A stretch of DNA of 64,000 bases from Bacteroidales bacterium. Its GTDB lineage: Bacteria > Bacteroidota > Bacteroidia > Bacteroidales > UBA10428. Positions 30,896 through 40,373 of this stretch are shown here, piece by piece. The position numbers were made by a program, and so were the translations under genes. The stretch spans positions 65,250-129,249 of the forward strand of contig JAFGBD010000025.1 in NCBI GenBank assembly GCA_016933335.1, written 5' to 3'. Position 1 is the stretch's first letter; every line of letters starts with the position of its first letter. The notes under the pieces are model-generated. The model had not been told where the DNA came from and did no database searches. It worked only from the letters and a program-made list of their open reading frames with translations.

Positions 30896-31432
30896 ATGAC
30901 TATAGGATTTTTACCCGGATTAGCGGCTCTGATTGAGAACAGAGCACATTATGGTTTTGGTCTTGGTACGGAAAAAAAACATGCAGACTGGCTTGGATTA
31001 ATTGCAGGTACAAATAATAATACCAGGATAAGCAGGCCTTTCAATAACAATTCGGAGGTGGTTTACAACTGGCAGGATAAAGTCATTCTTATTGCTGAGG
31101 ATGAAGATGCCAATTTCCTTTATCTGAAAGTAGCTCTTTCAAAGACAAAAGCAACCGTTATCAGGGCAAAAAACGGCAGAGAGGCTGTTGATATGGCAAG
31201 AACCAATCCTGATATTGATCTGGTGCTTATGGACATAAAAATGCCGGTTATGAACGGAATTGATGCGACAAAAGTCATTAAATCATTTAACGGTTCCATG
31301 GTTGTTATAGCACAGACTGCTTATGCCAACGAAAATGACAGGGATATTTATTTAAATGCAGGCTGCAATGATTTCCTTGCAAAACCCATCACACGCGACA
31401 AGCTTTTAAGAATCATATCACAGTACCTGTAA
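30896..31432 (+). CDS. Single-domain response regulator with N-terminal extension
   Basis: ILIAEDE, LMDIKMPVMNG, IAQTAYA, GCNDFLAKP. Confidence 0.9.
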   Translation: MTIGFLPGLAALIENRAHYGFGLGTEKKHADWLGLIAGTNNNTRISRPFNNNSEVVYNWQDKVILIAEDEDANFLYLKVALSKTKATVIRAKNGREAVDMARTNPDIDLVLMDIKMPVMNGIDATKVIKSFNGSMVVIAQTAYANENDRDIYLNAGCNDFLAKPITRDKLLRIISQYL

Positions 31433-31635
31433 TACATACCGGGAATTGGTCGTTGAATGATTTCATCTGCTTGATTCATATCAGTTGTTGCCATTGATTA
31501 TAATCATTTTTCAGATATCCTGCCTGAAGCTAATATCTTTATGATGATACTTTTTTAGAGATAATACCATAGGACAGGATAATCACATCCGGAATGACTA
31601 TTTTTGCAATTCGGGTATATTGATTATTTTTTGAA

Positions 31636-33843
31636 ATGAAAGTTTCTACATTGAAAATCCCTGATTCAGGAGTTCTTAAAAGATACAGGCAGTTAAAGGT
31701 ATCACTTGCTGAAAGCAGGCAACAACCTGAGGATAAAAAACTTGATCAGGCATTTAACTTAATGTATACTGTTGCGGGAAATGCAAAGGATCTGACCGGC
31801 CAGTCCATTGTTCAATCTGCATTAGAGACAGCTGAAATAGCCATACGTGAAATCGGGCTTGGAGCAACCTCACTTAAGAGTATTTTTCTTCACAGGGCTT
31901 CTTTACATTGTTCTGTCAGGGCTGATGAAATAAGGAAGGAATATGATACCTCGGTTTCCGTTATTTTCAGCGGACTGGAGAAAATCTCCTATGTTGGTTC
32001 AGGTTCACATCCATCCGATGCCGAGAACCTCAGAAAACTGCTCCTGAACCTTGCTAGGGATGTCAGGGTCATTCTGATTTGCATAGCACAACATTTGCAG
32101 CTAATGAGGAGAATGGACAGGATACCGGAAGAACTGCAAATAAGACTGGCATCGGATGCATCTTATTTATACTCACCGCTAGCTCACCGGCTGGGGTTGT
32201 ATATCATTAAATCTGAAATGGATGACCTTTACCTGAAATACACCGACCGGAAAACATATGATCTGATTGCAAAAAAACTTGCGGAAACAATGAAGGAAAG
32301 AAAGAACTTCATTGAAGAATTCATAAACCCGCTTTCAGATGTATTAAAAGCAAACGGATTCAGTTTTGAGATCAGGGGCAGGCCCAAATCCATCTATTCG
32401 ATCTGGAATAAGATGAAGAAAAAAGAAATGGAGTTTGAAGACATCTATGACCTGTTTGCAATAAGGATCATTCTGAACAGCGACCTGGCAAATGAGAAAG
32501 CAGATTGCTGGAAGGTCTATTCTCTGGTTACAGATATCTACCAGCCTAATCCTTTAAGATTAAGAGACTGGATCTCAGTCCCAAAGACAAATGGTTATGA
32601 ATCGCTACATACCACTGTAATCGGACCGGAAGGACGGTGGGTTGAGGTTCAGATCAGGACCACAAGAATGAATGAAATTGCGGAGAAAGGTTTTGCAGCT
32701 CACTGGAAGTATAAGGGACTTGAGGCTGAACAGGGACTTGATGAATGGCTGGCCAAAGTTCGTGAAATCCTGGAAACGCCTGAAGCAGATGCAGTGGAAT
32801 TCATTGATGATTTTAAATTGAGCCTGTATTCCAAAGAGATCTTTGTGTTCACTCCAAAAGGCCAGTTGAGAAAGTTCCCTTCAGGCTCAACAGTTCTTGA
32901 TTTTGCATATGACATTCACTCTGATGTAGGATCTGCCTGTACCGGTGCAAAAGTTAACGGTAAAAACGTACCGATCAGACATGTGCTTCATAACGGAGAC
33001 CGGATAGAAATACAGACCTCAAAGAACCAGACTCCCAAACTTGACTGGCTCAATTTTGTCATCACCTCAAAAGCAAAAGCCAAGATCAGGCAAAAACTCA
33101 ATGAAGAAAAATTCAGGGAAGCAGAAAACGGAAAAGAGATTCTAAAACGGCGTCTTAAAAACTGGAAGATCCCCTATACAGATGATATGATAAGGATACT
33201 TCTCAAAAAATACAAGCTTAAAAATGCACAGGATTTATACTATCTGATTTCCACTGAAAAAATCGAACTTGGGGAGATTAAGGATTGCCTTACAGGGGGT
33301 GAACAGCAACAGGAGGAAGGTCGTGCTACAGCCGGTGAAAAATCCCCGGAAACAGAAAAAACTTTCAGAACCGGGGAGGACTTTCTGATTATTGATGAAA
33401 AGGTTTCAAATATTGATTATAAGCTTTCAAAGTGCTGCAGTCCGATTTTTGGTGATGACATTTTTGGTTTTGTTACCATTAATGACGGAATAAAAATACA
33501 TCGTACAAACTGTCCAAACGCAGCCCGGCTTTTATCAAAATACGGTTATCGTGTAGTTAAAGCGAAATGGAACAAGAGTGACGGAACAACTTCATTTCCT
33601 GTTGAGATAAAAATTTCAGGCGAAGATGTCCCCGGTCTTCTGAACAGCATTTCAGATGTTATTTCAAGAGAGTTTAAAATAGCTCTCAGGTCAATTTCTC
33701 TGGATACTGACAATGGCCTGTTTCAAGGCAGTCTTCGACTCATGGTTCTGGATATCAAACATCTTGATTCACTGATAGCCAGACTGAGTAAAATCAAAGG
33801 AATATACAGCGTCAGAAGACAGGAAAGTTATACAGATCAGTAA
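31636..33843 (+). CDS. Long RelA/SpoT homologue with degenerate hydrolase domain
   Basis: PLAHRLG, RPKSIYSIWNKM, DLFAIR, PK.NGYESLHT, EVQIRT, AAHWKYK, TGS (VFTPKG, DFAYDIHS), CC motif, ACT domain; the HD motif is replaced by FLHRAS. Confidence 0.95.
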   Translation: MKVSTLKIPDSGVLKRYRQLKVSLAESRQQPEDKKLDQAFNLMYTVAGNAKDLTGQSIVQSALETAEIAIREIGLGATSLKSIFLHRASLHCSVRADEIRKEYDTSVSVIFSGLEKISYVGSGSHPSDAENLRKLLLNLARDVRVILICIAQHLQLMRRMDRIPEELQIRLASDASYLYSPLAHRLGLYIIKSEMDDLYLKYTDRKTYDLIAKKLAETMKERKNFIEEFINPLSDVLKANGFSFEIRGRPKSIYSIWNKMKKKEMEFEDIYDLFAIRIILNSDLANEKADCWKVYSLVTDIYQPNPLRLRDWISVPKTNGYESLHTTVIGPEGRWVEVQIRTTRMNEIAEKGFAAHWKYKGLEAEQGLDEWLAKVREILETPEADAVEFIDDFKLSLYSKEIFVFTPKGQLRKFPSGSTVLDFAYDIHSDVGSACTGAKVNGKNVPIRHVLHNGDRIEIQTSKNQTPKLDWLNFVITSKAKAKIRQKLNEEKFREAENGKEILKRRLKNWKIPYTDDMIRILLKKYKLKNAQDLYYLISTEKIELGEIKDCLTGGEQQQEEGRATAGEKSPETEKTFRTGEDFLIIDEKVSNIDYKLSKCCSPIFGDDIFGFVTINDGIKIHRTNCPNAARLLSKYGYRVVKAKWNKSDGTTSFPVEIKISGEDVPGLLNSISDVISREFKIALRSISLDTDNGLFQGSLRLMVLDIKHLDSLIARLSKIKGIYSVRRQESYTDQ

Positions 33844-33912
33844 ACAGATCGTCAGATACAGATGGAATATTTTTCCGGAAATGATTATTTTTGAATATTG
33901 CAGCGATTTAAC

Positions 33913-34575
33913 ATGAAAACGGAGAAGATAATTTGGATCTTTTTTTGGATGCTTGTTTTTCCTCTGCAGGTATTCACCCAGAACCAGTCAAATGATCAGG
34001 ATGTGATGAGGGGCCCTGAGGACAGGGACTATATTGAAAATCCCGATACCGGGGAAACATCTCAACAAAAACTTGATATAAAACATAATAAGCCATTAAA
34101 TTTCAATTATTTTACAGGAATAAATATCTTGTTTCCTAAAGGAATTGGTCCTGCCAGCAGCTTTTGTTTTGGCGCAAATGCATCCTATCCGGTTGCACCC
34201 GGATTTACCGTTGAACTTGGTGCTGCAATGAATTTTCTGCAGCTGACTGAGTTACCTTCAGGTTTATTCCCTGAGAACCCTGCATCAGAAGCGAACAAAC
34301 AAATAACAAATGTGGTATTATATGCAAAGGGTAATTATTTGCTTTCATCTCGCATGACACTTTCCGGAATGGCATTCAAACAGTTTTCACCCTTTTCCAG
34401 CCCTTCTGTCAGTCCGTATTTTCTCAATCATAATCAGGAGGGAATGTCCATTGAAATGAATTACAGGTTGTTTCAGAATTTTAATATCGGGGCACAATTC
34501 AGATTCATCAGAAATGGCAGTCCCTTTTATCCATCCCGGCTGACTCAGCCTGTCTTTGATAATTATTACCGGTAA
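33913..34575 (+). CDS. Hypothetical outer-membrane beta-barrel-like protein
   Basis: Signal peptide from ATG 33913; alternating strands (LYAKGNYLLS, IEMNYRL, FNIGAQFRF). Confidence 0.65.
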   Translation: MKTEKIIWIFFWMLVFPLQVFTQNQSNDQDVMRGPEDRDYIENPDTGETSQQKLDIKHNKPLNFNYFTGINILFPKGIGPASSFCFGANASYPVAPGFTVELGAAMNFLQLTELPSGLFPENPASEANKQITNVVLYAKGNYLLSSRMTLSGMAFKQFSPFSSPSVSPYFLNHNQEGMSIEMNYRLFQNFNIGAQFRFIRNGSPFYPSRLTQPVFDNYYR

Positions 34576-34732
34576 ATCAGGATATGGAATTGATTTTTCT
34601 GGCTTTAGCCCCGGGTTTAAAAAAATGAAAACACTTGCAAAAAGCACGGAATGGCATTTTAAAAAATATTAAATAAAAGTTTTATATGAAATATTTTAAT
34701 ATATTATAAAACAATAATATATTTCTTTGAAT

Positions 34733-35875
34733 TTACTGTTTCTGATTTTCAATTTTCATATTCCTGAGGAAATAGGGATTATTGCCTTTCCATGGCTTGG
34801 AACAGATATCAATGTCACCATCTCCGTCAACATCTGCTGCAACGGCATCAAAGCATTCGTAATCAGTAAGTATTTCATGCTTTTCCCAGGCGAGTCCCTC
34901 ACCATCCTTGTTTTCCCAAATATATAAACGTTTATGTAAATCTGATGTCATGGGTCCGCCACCTGAGAATACATCCAGGTCACCGTCATTGTCAAAATCT
35001 GCAACGCACAGACTGTGCAAATCCTGGGTTGTTTCACTGTCTATTGAATGGGTAAACCAGTTAATCCCCTTGCCATCCTTATTGGCATGCCAGGCAATTT
35101 TTCCCTCCGGATTATTTGCATCGGACTGGACGATGTCCATATCGCCGTCTTTATCCCAGTCAGTTATGTATACCCTGGAAGAGTATGCAAATTCCCCCTT
35201 GCTCTCAACATAACTGATTGTCCGGTGGATTCCCCATTTGCTGCCATCTCCGTTCAGGTTATCATACCAGACGTTTGATCTTACAATGTCATTGTCACCA
35301 TCATTGTCCATATCGGCAATACCTTGCGGAGAAATACCACCGGCAATCCCGTCACCAATTCTGATTTTCTTCCACTTCTTCTTCGGATTAGCTGTAAAAT
35401 CATACCAATACAGGCCCTCCTGCTCACTCAGAGCAATGATATCCTGTATTTCATCTCCATTAATGTCACCCGCGACCATATCATAGGCAAAGATTACTCC
35501 GTTCTCGAAGCGTTCAAATTGTTCCCCGGGATCACCTGAATTTCTGAACCAGGTTCCTCCCGCAACATGATCCAGCCATCCGTCACCGTCCACATCAATG
35601 GTTACGCCTCCTTTATCAGTAAGGGTGTAGTCGCCGATCTTATGCCTGATCCATTTATCCGCTTCCTGGAATTCAAACCACCATGCTTCACCTCCGCCTG
35701 TTCCGGCAATAAAGTCAAGATCCCCGTCCTTGTCCATGTCAACCAGTGAAGACTGACCAAGTAATTCCTCTTCAGTTATACCGATATTATAATATTTAAA
35801 ATCAGGGAACTGACAGTATGATAGAATAACAGACTCCAGTAATAAACCGCAGATTATCAAAATATTTTTTTGCAT
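34733..35875 (-). CDS. FG-GAP/VCBS repeat beta-propeller protein
   Basis: Seven DxDxDG-type repeats (DMDKDGDLD, DVDGDGWLD, DINGDEIQD, DMDNDGDND, DWDKDGDMD, DFDNDGDLD, DVDGDGDID). Confidence 0.9.
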   Translation of the reverse strand: MQKNILIICGLLLESVILSYCQFPDFKYYNIGITEEELLGQSSLVDMDKDGDLDFIAGTGGGEAWWFEFQEADKWIRHKIGDYTLTDKGGVTIDVDGDGWLDHVAGGTWFRNSGDPGEQFERFENGVIFAYDMVAGDINGDEIQDIIALSEQEGLYWYDFTANPKKKWKKIRIGDGIAGGISPQGIADMDNDGDNDIVRSNVWYDNLNGDGSKWGIHRTISYVESKGEFAYSSRVYITDWDKDGDMDIVQSDANNPEGKIAWHANKDGKGINWFTHSIDSETTQDLHSLCVADFDNDGDLDVFSGGGPMTSDLHKRLYIWENKDGEGLAWEKHEILTDYECFDAVAADVDGDGDIDICSKPWKGNNPYFLRNMKIENQKQ

Positions 35876-36007
35876 GAGGTTTGGATTGATGAATGATTTA
35901 TTTTCTCACGAATAAAAGATACAAAAAAATTCAGAGAAAACTGCCTTATGCCGGTTTTAAATAGTCTGCAGTTATTTTAAATCCATGATATCAATGCATC
36001 TTAGCAA

Positions 36008-36595
36008 TTAACCCGGGGATGCACTGATTATGAAATTCCCTGGTTCAAAAAACCATTCACCAGTACCTCTTTTAAAAAACAATTCCCTTTCTTTTACCAG
36101 ACCACTTTTAAAAAGCAATTCCCTTTCATTTACCAGACAAACAGTTGCTTTTTTTCTTTTGTTCCTGAGGATTCCGGCCATATTTAATGCTATGATTACC
36201 TGGCTTGTTATGGATGTCTTCTTCAGAAATGCGTCATAATATGCATCTGTTTCCCTGTTTATAAAGATATTATGAAAATCATTCAGCATGGTCTCAGTTT
36301 TAGATAACAGTTTGTTTATCAATATTCCGGATGTTTTTCCAAGGGAATCGACAAAATCTGAAAATATTTCATAAAACCCAGTAAGCACCGGAATCAGTCC
36401 TGATGATTTTTTTTTCAAAACAAGGTATGCCATTCCTGAATTCCGGATAATATATCTGACATACCTCATGTCTGTAAAGTCGGTCTTTTCTCTTGAATCA
36501 TCAAAAAAGGCATCTGAGAATCTGTAAAGTCTGTCTGTTATCGCATTTTTAAAATTTAAGTAAACAGGGTGAGAATTGATCGGTTTCATTATCAT
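36008..36595 (-). CDS. Hypothetical protein
   Basis: 195-aa ORF in AT-rich DNA with ATG start, divergent from the 36841 gene; no recognisable domain. Confidence 0.55.
   Translation of the reverse strand: MIMKPINSHPVYLNFKNAITDRLYRFSDAFFDDSREKTDFTDMRYVRYIIRNSGMAYLVLKKKSSGLIPVLTGFYEIFSDFVDSLGKTSGILINKLLSKTETMLNDFHNIFINRETDAYYDAFLKKTSITSQVIIALNMAGILRNKRKKATVCLVNERELLFKSGLVKERELFFKRGTGEWFFEPGNFIISASPG
36069..36138. repeat. In-frame 34-bp tandem duplication (period 36 bp)
   Basis: cttttaaaaaacaattccctttcttttaccagac and cttttaaaaagcaattccctttcatttaccagac, 2 mismatches; encodes LVNERELLFKSG/LVKERELFFKRG. Confidence 0.9.
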
Positions 36596-36790
36596 TATAT
36601 TTTTAAGTTTGCTTAATTAGTAACAATAAAAAATATGCTTATATTTTATAAAAATCAATGAATACAGATGTTATCCGTAACAAAAGTATTATTATATAAA
36701 ACTATATTCCAGTATTTTAAGTTAAAAAATCGTACTTGAATATTGTTTTAAGCAATATGTATTTTAAAATTAAAAAAACTTAAAATATTA

Positions 36791-36820
36791 TTAAGTTTAA
36801 CTTAAATTATATTATATTTG
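36791..36820 (+). promoter_or_regulatory. Palindromic putative operator plus -7 promoter element
   Basis: TTAAGTT-T-AACTTAA (36791-36805) just upstream of TATATTTG (36813-36820). Confidence 0.55.
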
Positions 36821-36840
36821 CTGCTTAATAATTGTTGTGT

Positions 36841-37989
36841 ATGGTACAACAATTCACATTCAGGAAACATCTTTTTTACCGGTTACTGCTAAATGTCCGT
36901 TCCCTTGTACCCGGTTTCAGGCAGGCCATTGCCAGTTACTATGATCATGAAGAAGATGCTTTTCTTTCCTACCAGCTGTCAAACGGTTCAGACAGGTTAA
37001 CAGAGGTGGAACCGGATATACCGGGTATTGATCTGGATAAAGAACGCCTTCAAAACAATCCATACAGCTGGTATAACAGCAAAGCAACCGGTCATAAAAA
37101 TACAGGGCCAACATACCAGATGGAACTGAATGATGAATTTGACAATAACATATTACTGGTCCGTTTAAACAACAGATATCATCCTGAAAAAGACCTGTTC
37201 CTGATTTATATGGAGGAGGGAATGGGCCTGTTCCCGCTTGAAACGACTGAAAAAAGACCCGTTAATGCGCGTGAAAAAAGTATAATCGGTCAGCTGCTGT
37301 ATCGATTAATAAGGTTCCTGGATGAGCAGCATCAGGACGATTCGGAATTCTTTTCCATATTCAATGAATCTTTTATTAATACCATCAGGAACCTTGATCA
37401 AAAGCAGGCTGAGCTCAAATCAATGAGGCAGAATTATGCACAAAGTATCATCTCTTTCTGCAATTATCATTTAACAAAAATATCTGAAGAATCTGATTAT
37501 AAATTCAGGTTATCTGATAAAGCAATTGAGAAAATAAGTGACTATAAGGATAAATTTGAATTCATTGAGAAGATCATTACCAATGCAGCTGCAATAGCAT
37601 TAAACAGAAAATTCGGAAAAACAGGAGATACCATCATGATTGATGACACAGATGTTGTTTTTCATTCCTATGAACCGGAAATCCCGGAAACCATTGTTAC
37701 TCAGCCGGACAGATTTGCCAGAACGCGTGAAATACTTGACAGATATGAGAATGCTGCAATCAGAGTGCTTGAAAAAAACCTGCCGGTAACAGGAAAGAAC
37801 ATAGGTGCTTATTGTTCCCCTGGTATATCTCCTGCTGCAATCACCGATGCCATTCATAAGCATGGACGCAAGATGCTGGCTTTATTTGATAAGAATCCAA
37901 ACAAATGGCCATCGCTGCGGAATAAATTCAGGCCCATTATCAATCTGGAACAGAACAACCGGAATAGCAATCTTAAAATAGCTAATTAA
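36841..37989 (+). CDS. Hypothetical cytoplasmic protein, possible regulator (GAF-like / coiled coil / AAA-lid-like / HTH-like)
   Basis: ATG 36841 lies downstream of the -7 element; the segment FRLSDKAIEKISDY..FEFIEKIITNAAAIA resembles the lid helices of sigma54 activators; no Walker A. Confidence 0.75.
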   Translation: MVQQFTFRKHLFYRLLLNVRSLVPGFRQAIASYYDHEEDAFLSYQLSNGSDRLTEVEPDIPGIDLDKERLQNNPYSWYNSKATGHKNTGPTYQMELNDEFDNNILLVRLNNRYHPEKDLFLIYMEEGMGLFPLETTEKRPVNAREKSIIGQLLYRLIRFLDEQHQDDSEFFSIFNESFINTIRNLDQKQAELKSMRQNYAQSIISFCNYHLTKISEESDYKFRLSDKAIEKISDYKDKFEFIEKIITNAAAIALNRKFGKTGDTIMIDDTDVVFHSYEPEIPETIVTQPDRFARTREILDRYENAAIRVLEKNLPVTGKNIGAYCSPGISPAAITDAIHKHGRKMLALFDKNPNKWPSLRNKFRPIINLEQNNRNSNLKIAN

Positions 37990-38111
37990 CAATATTATAT
38001 ATATACTAACTTAAATTAATACTTCATAATCTGAACTGATCTGACCGACGAATTGATCCTGAAAGTGCAATAAAATGTATAAATTTAAGGTTATATATAA
38101 AATCAACTGTC

Positions 38112-38564
38112 ATGAAAACAATGGTATCAATTTACTTGTTGCTGCTGGCTATCTCTGCCGGATTTTCACAAGAGTCCGGTTGCATATCAGGTAATTGTGA
38201 AAATGGTAGTGGTACATATGTTTATTCAAACGGATATCGATTTGATGGCGATTTTGTAAATGGAAGGAGAGAGGGAAGAGGACTTCTTACCGAGCCTGAC
38301 GGAGCAACTTACGACGGGATGTGGTCAAATGATGAATTTAACGGACAAGGCACATATAAATGGCCGGATGGTGCAAAATACACAGGAGAATGGAAAGATG
38401 GCATCCAGGACGGGTATGGGATTTACTTCTATCCTAACGGTGATAAGTATACGGGTTATTTCAAGAATAATAAGTTTCACGGCAAAGGCACCTATACCTG
38501 GGCAAATGGTCAGTCTTACAGTGGCTCATTTGAAAACGGAGAAATGATCACTCCTGATCATTGA
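38112..38564 (+). CDS. MORN-repeat protein
   Basis: GCISGNCENG, then five G.Y...G..Y.G.(W/F)..G repeats of ~23 aa; signal peptide. Confidence 0.92.
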   Translation: MKTMVSIYLLLLAISAGFSQESGCISGNCENGSGTYVYSNGYRFDGDFVNGRREGRGLLTEPDGATYDGMWSNDEFNGQGTYKWPDGAKYTGEWKDGIQDGYGIYFYPNGDKYTGYFKNNKFHGKGTYTWANGQSYSGSFENGEMITPDH

Positions 38565-38791
38565 TGTTATTTCCCCGGCATTTGATTTAATTGATCTGTC
38601 AATTTGTTAATTATCAATGTATTTTACATTTGTGACCCGGATTATTTCCTTATATGACAAGTCATTCCCATACCGGAATGTGAAACTTTATTTTAAAGTA
38701 AATATTTAAATGGATTAATATGAATGACTATTTTACTTTGAAATAAAGTCAATTGTAACTACAATTCCCTGAAATTACCGGCTATGTTTTT

Positions 38792-39529
38792 TTAATGGGC
38801 AGGTAAAGCGCTTTCGATTGTGTCTCTGACCAGTTGTATAAGTTCCGGCATATTTTTTTCATCATATCCGGAAACAGGTATTGCCTTGTGAATAACCATC
38901 CTGGCCTTGCCTGGCAATAAATTGAGGGAATCAGGAGGCAATATTCTCCTGGTATTGACAAGCGTTACCGGCAGGATGGGCAGATTCAGTTCAAGCGCAA
39001 GTTTAAAGCCACCCCTTTTGAACGGGATAAGTTGTCCTGTTCTGCTTCTTGTTCCTTCCGGAAAAATTACAACGCTTGTTCCGTTTCTAAGCTTTTGTCT
39101 GGCAGCCTGAAGGCTATCCATAGCAGCTTTTGAATTAGATCTGTCGATGAAAATATGACCGACTTTCTTACTTCCGAATCCAATGCCGGGAATCTTTGCA
39201 AGCTCTTTTTTCATAACCCATTTGATATCAAGGCCCAGCCAGCCATAAATAAGGAAGATATCAAATAAGCTCTGATGATTTGGAATAACCACATAGGAAG
39301 TACAGGGTAATATGTTCTCTTTGCCTTTGACAGTCACAAACATCGGGGTTAATAAGGCATTCAGCCTTGACCATACTACACCGCCAAAATAACTTCCGAT
39401 GCGCTGATTAATAAGGCTTGAAACAATCACAGCGATGACACCGAAAAGCAGGGTATTTATTGCCAAAAAAGGTATGAAAATTAGCCACTTATAGGGTTGA
39501 TAGAGTATATAAAGGATTTTCCTTCCCAT
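38792..39529 (-). CDS. plsC: 1-acyl-sn-glycerol-3-phosphate acyltransferase family protein
   Basis: NHQSLFD, FIDRS, FPEGTRS, FKRGGF; the start at 39529 is supported by a TATATTTG -7 element at 39560-39567 (minus strand). Confidence 0.88.
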   Translation of the reverse strand: MGRKILYILYQPYKWLIFIPFLAINTLLFGVIAVIVSSLINQRIGSYFGGVVWSRLNALLTPMFVTVKGKENILPCTSYVVIPNHQSLFDIFLIYGWLGLDIKWVMKKELAKIPGIGFGSKKVGHIFIDRSNSKAAMDSLQAARQKLRNGTSVVIFPEGTRSRTGQLIPFKRGGFKLALELNLPILPVTLVNTRRILPPDSLNLLPGKARMVIHKAIPVSGYDEKNMPELIQLVRDTIESALPAH

Positions 39530-39631
39530 GGAAACGGATATTGAAATAAAATATACTGCCAAATATAAGATATTTGAGTTCAATTTTCCAACTGCAGGTA
39601 AGATATATTACAGCCGGCAGGACAGGCAGGT

Positions 39632-40312
39632 CTATTTAAAAATAAAAGGATTATAGTTAATTCCACGGTCGTAATGATCTTCGTTTTCCTTCTTCTTGAG
39701 AAAACCGACAATCAGGTATGTAACAGGTGTAAATAATATTTCAACCGAACATTTGAAGATATAGTTGGATATCAGCACAGACCAGAGCAAGCCCTGAGGC
39801 AGTACACCATAAAATGCGATAAAGCAGAATATCATTGTATCAAGCCCTTCGCCGATAAGCGTCGAACCTATTGTGCGTATCCAGAGAAATTTGCCGGTTG
39901 TCCAGATCTTCATGCGTGAAAGGATAAATGAATTTGAAAATTCGCCTGCAAAATAGGCAATCAGGCTGGCCATTACAATGCGCGGTACAAATCCGAGGAT
40001 CTGTTCATATGCCACCTGGTTTGTCCAGTCTGCCGCAGGGGGCAGCATCTGTACAATATAAAAAACCAGCGACATCAGCAATGCACAAAAGAAACCTGTC
40101 CATATAACCCTTCTTGATTTCTGATAACCATATACTTCCGTAAGAATATCACCAAAAATATAACCAAGGGGAAACAAAATGGTGCCTCCGTCAAAGGTGA
40201 ACTTCCACAGTCCAAGGATCTTGGTGGATGCGATATTCGAAATGAGCAACACTGCCACAAATAATCCTGTTAAAACATCCAGGTAACGGAAAGCACGTTT
40301 TTCTGTGTTCAT
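39632..40312 (-). CDS. yhhQ: Queuosine precursor transporter YhhQ (Vut_1/COG1738)
   Basis: LLISNIASTK, FPLGYIFGDILTEVYG, PRIVMASLIAY..G, LWIRTIGSTLIG...DT, YIFKC..E...TP; start is ATG 40312 or 40321/40324. Confidence 0.92.
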   Translation of the reverse strand: MNTEKRAFRYLDVLTGLFVAVLLISNIASTKILGLWKFTFDGGTILFPLGYIFGDILTEVYGYQKSRRVIWTGFFCALLMSLVFYIVQMLPPAADWTNQVAYEQILGFVPRIVMASLIAYFAGEFSNSFILSRMKIWTTGKFLWIRTIGSTLIGEGLDTMIFCFIAFYGVLPQGLLWSVLISNYIFKCSVEILFTPVTYLIVGFLKKKENEDHYDRGINYNPFIFK

Positions 40313-40373
40313 AGCCGACATCATTTGCTTTTGATTTTTTCCGGTAAATATACATTTTATAAATCAAAAACTC

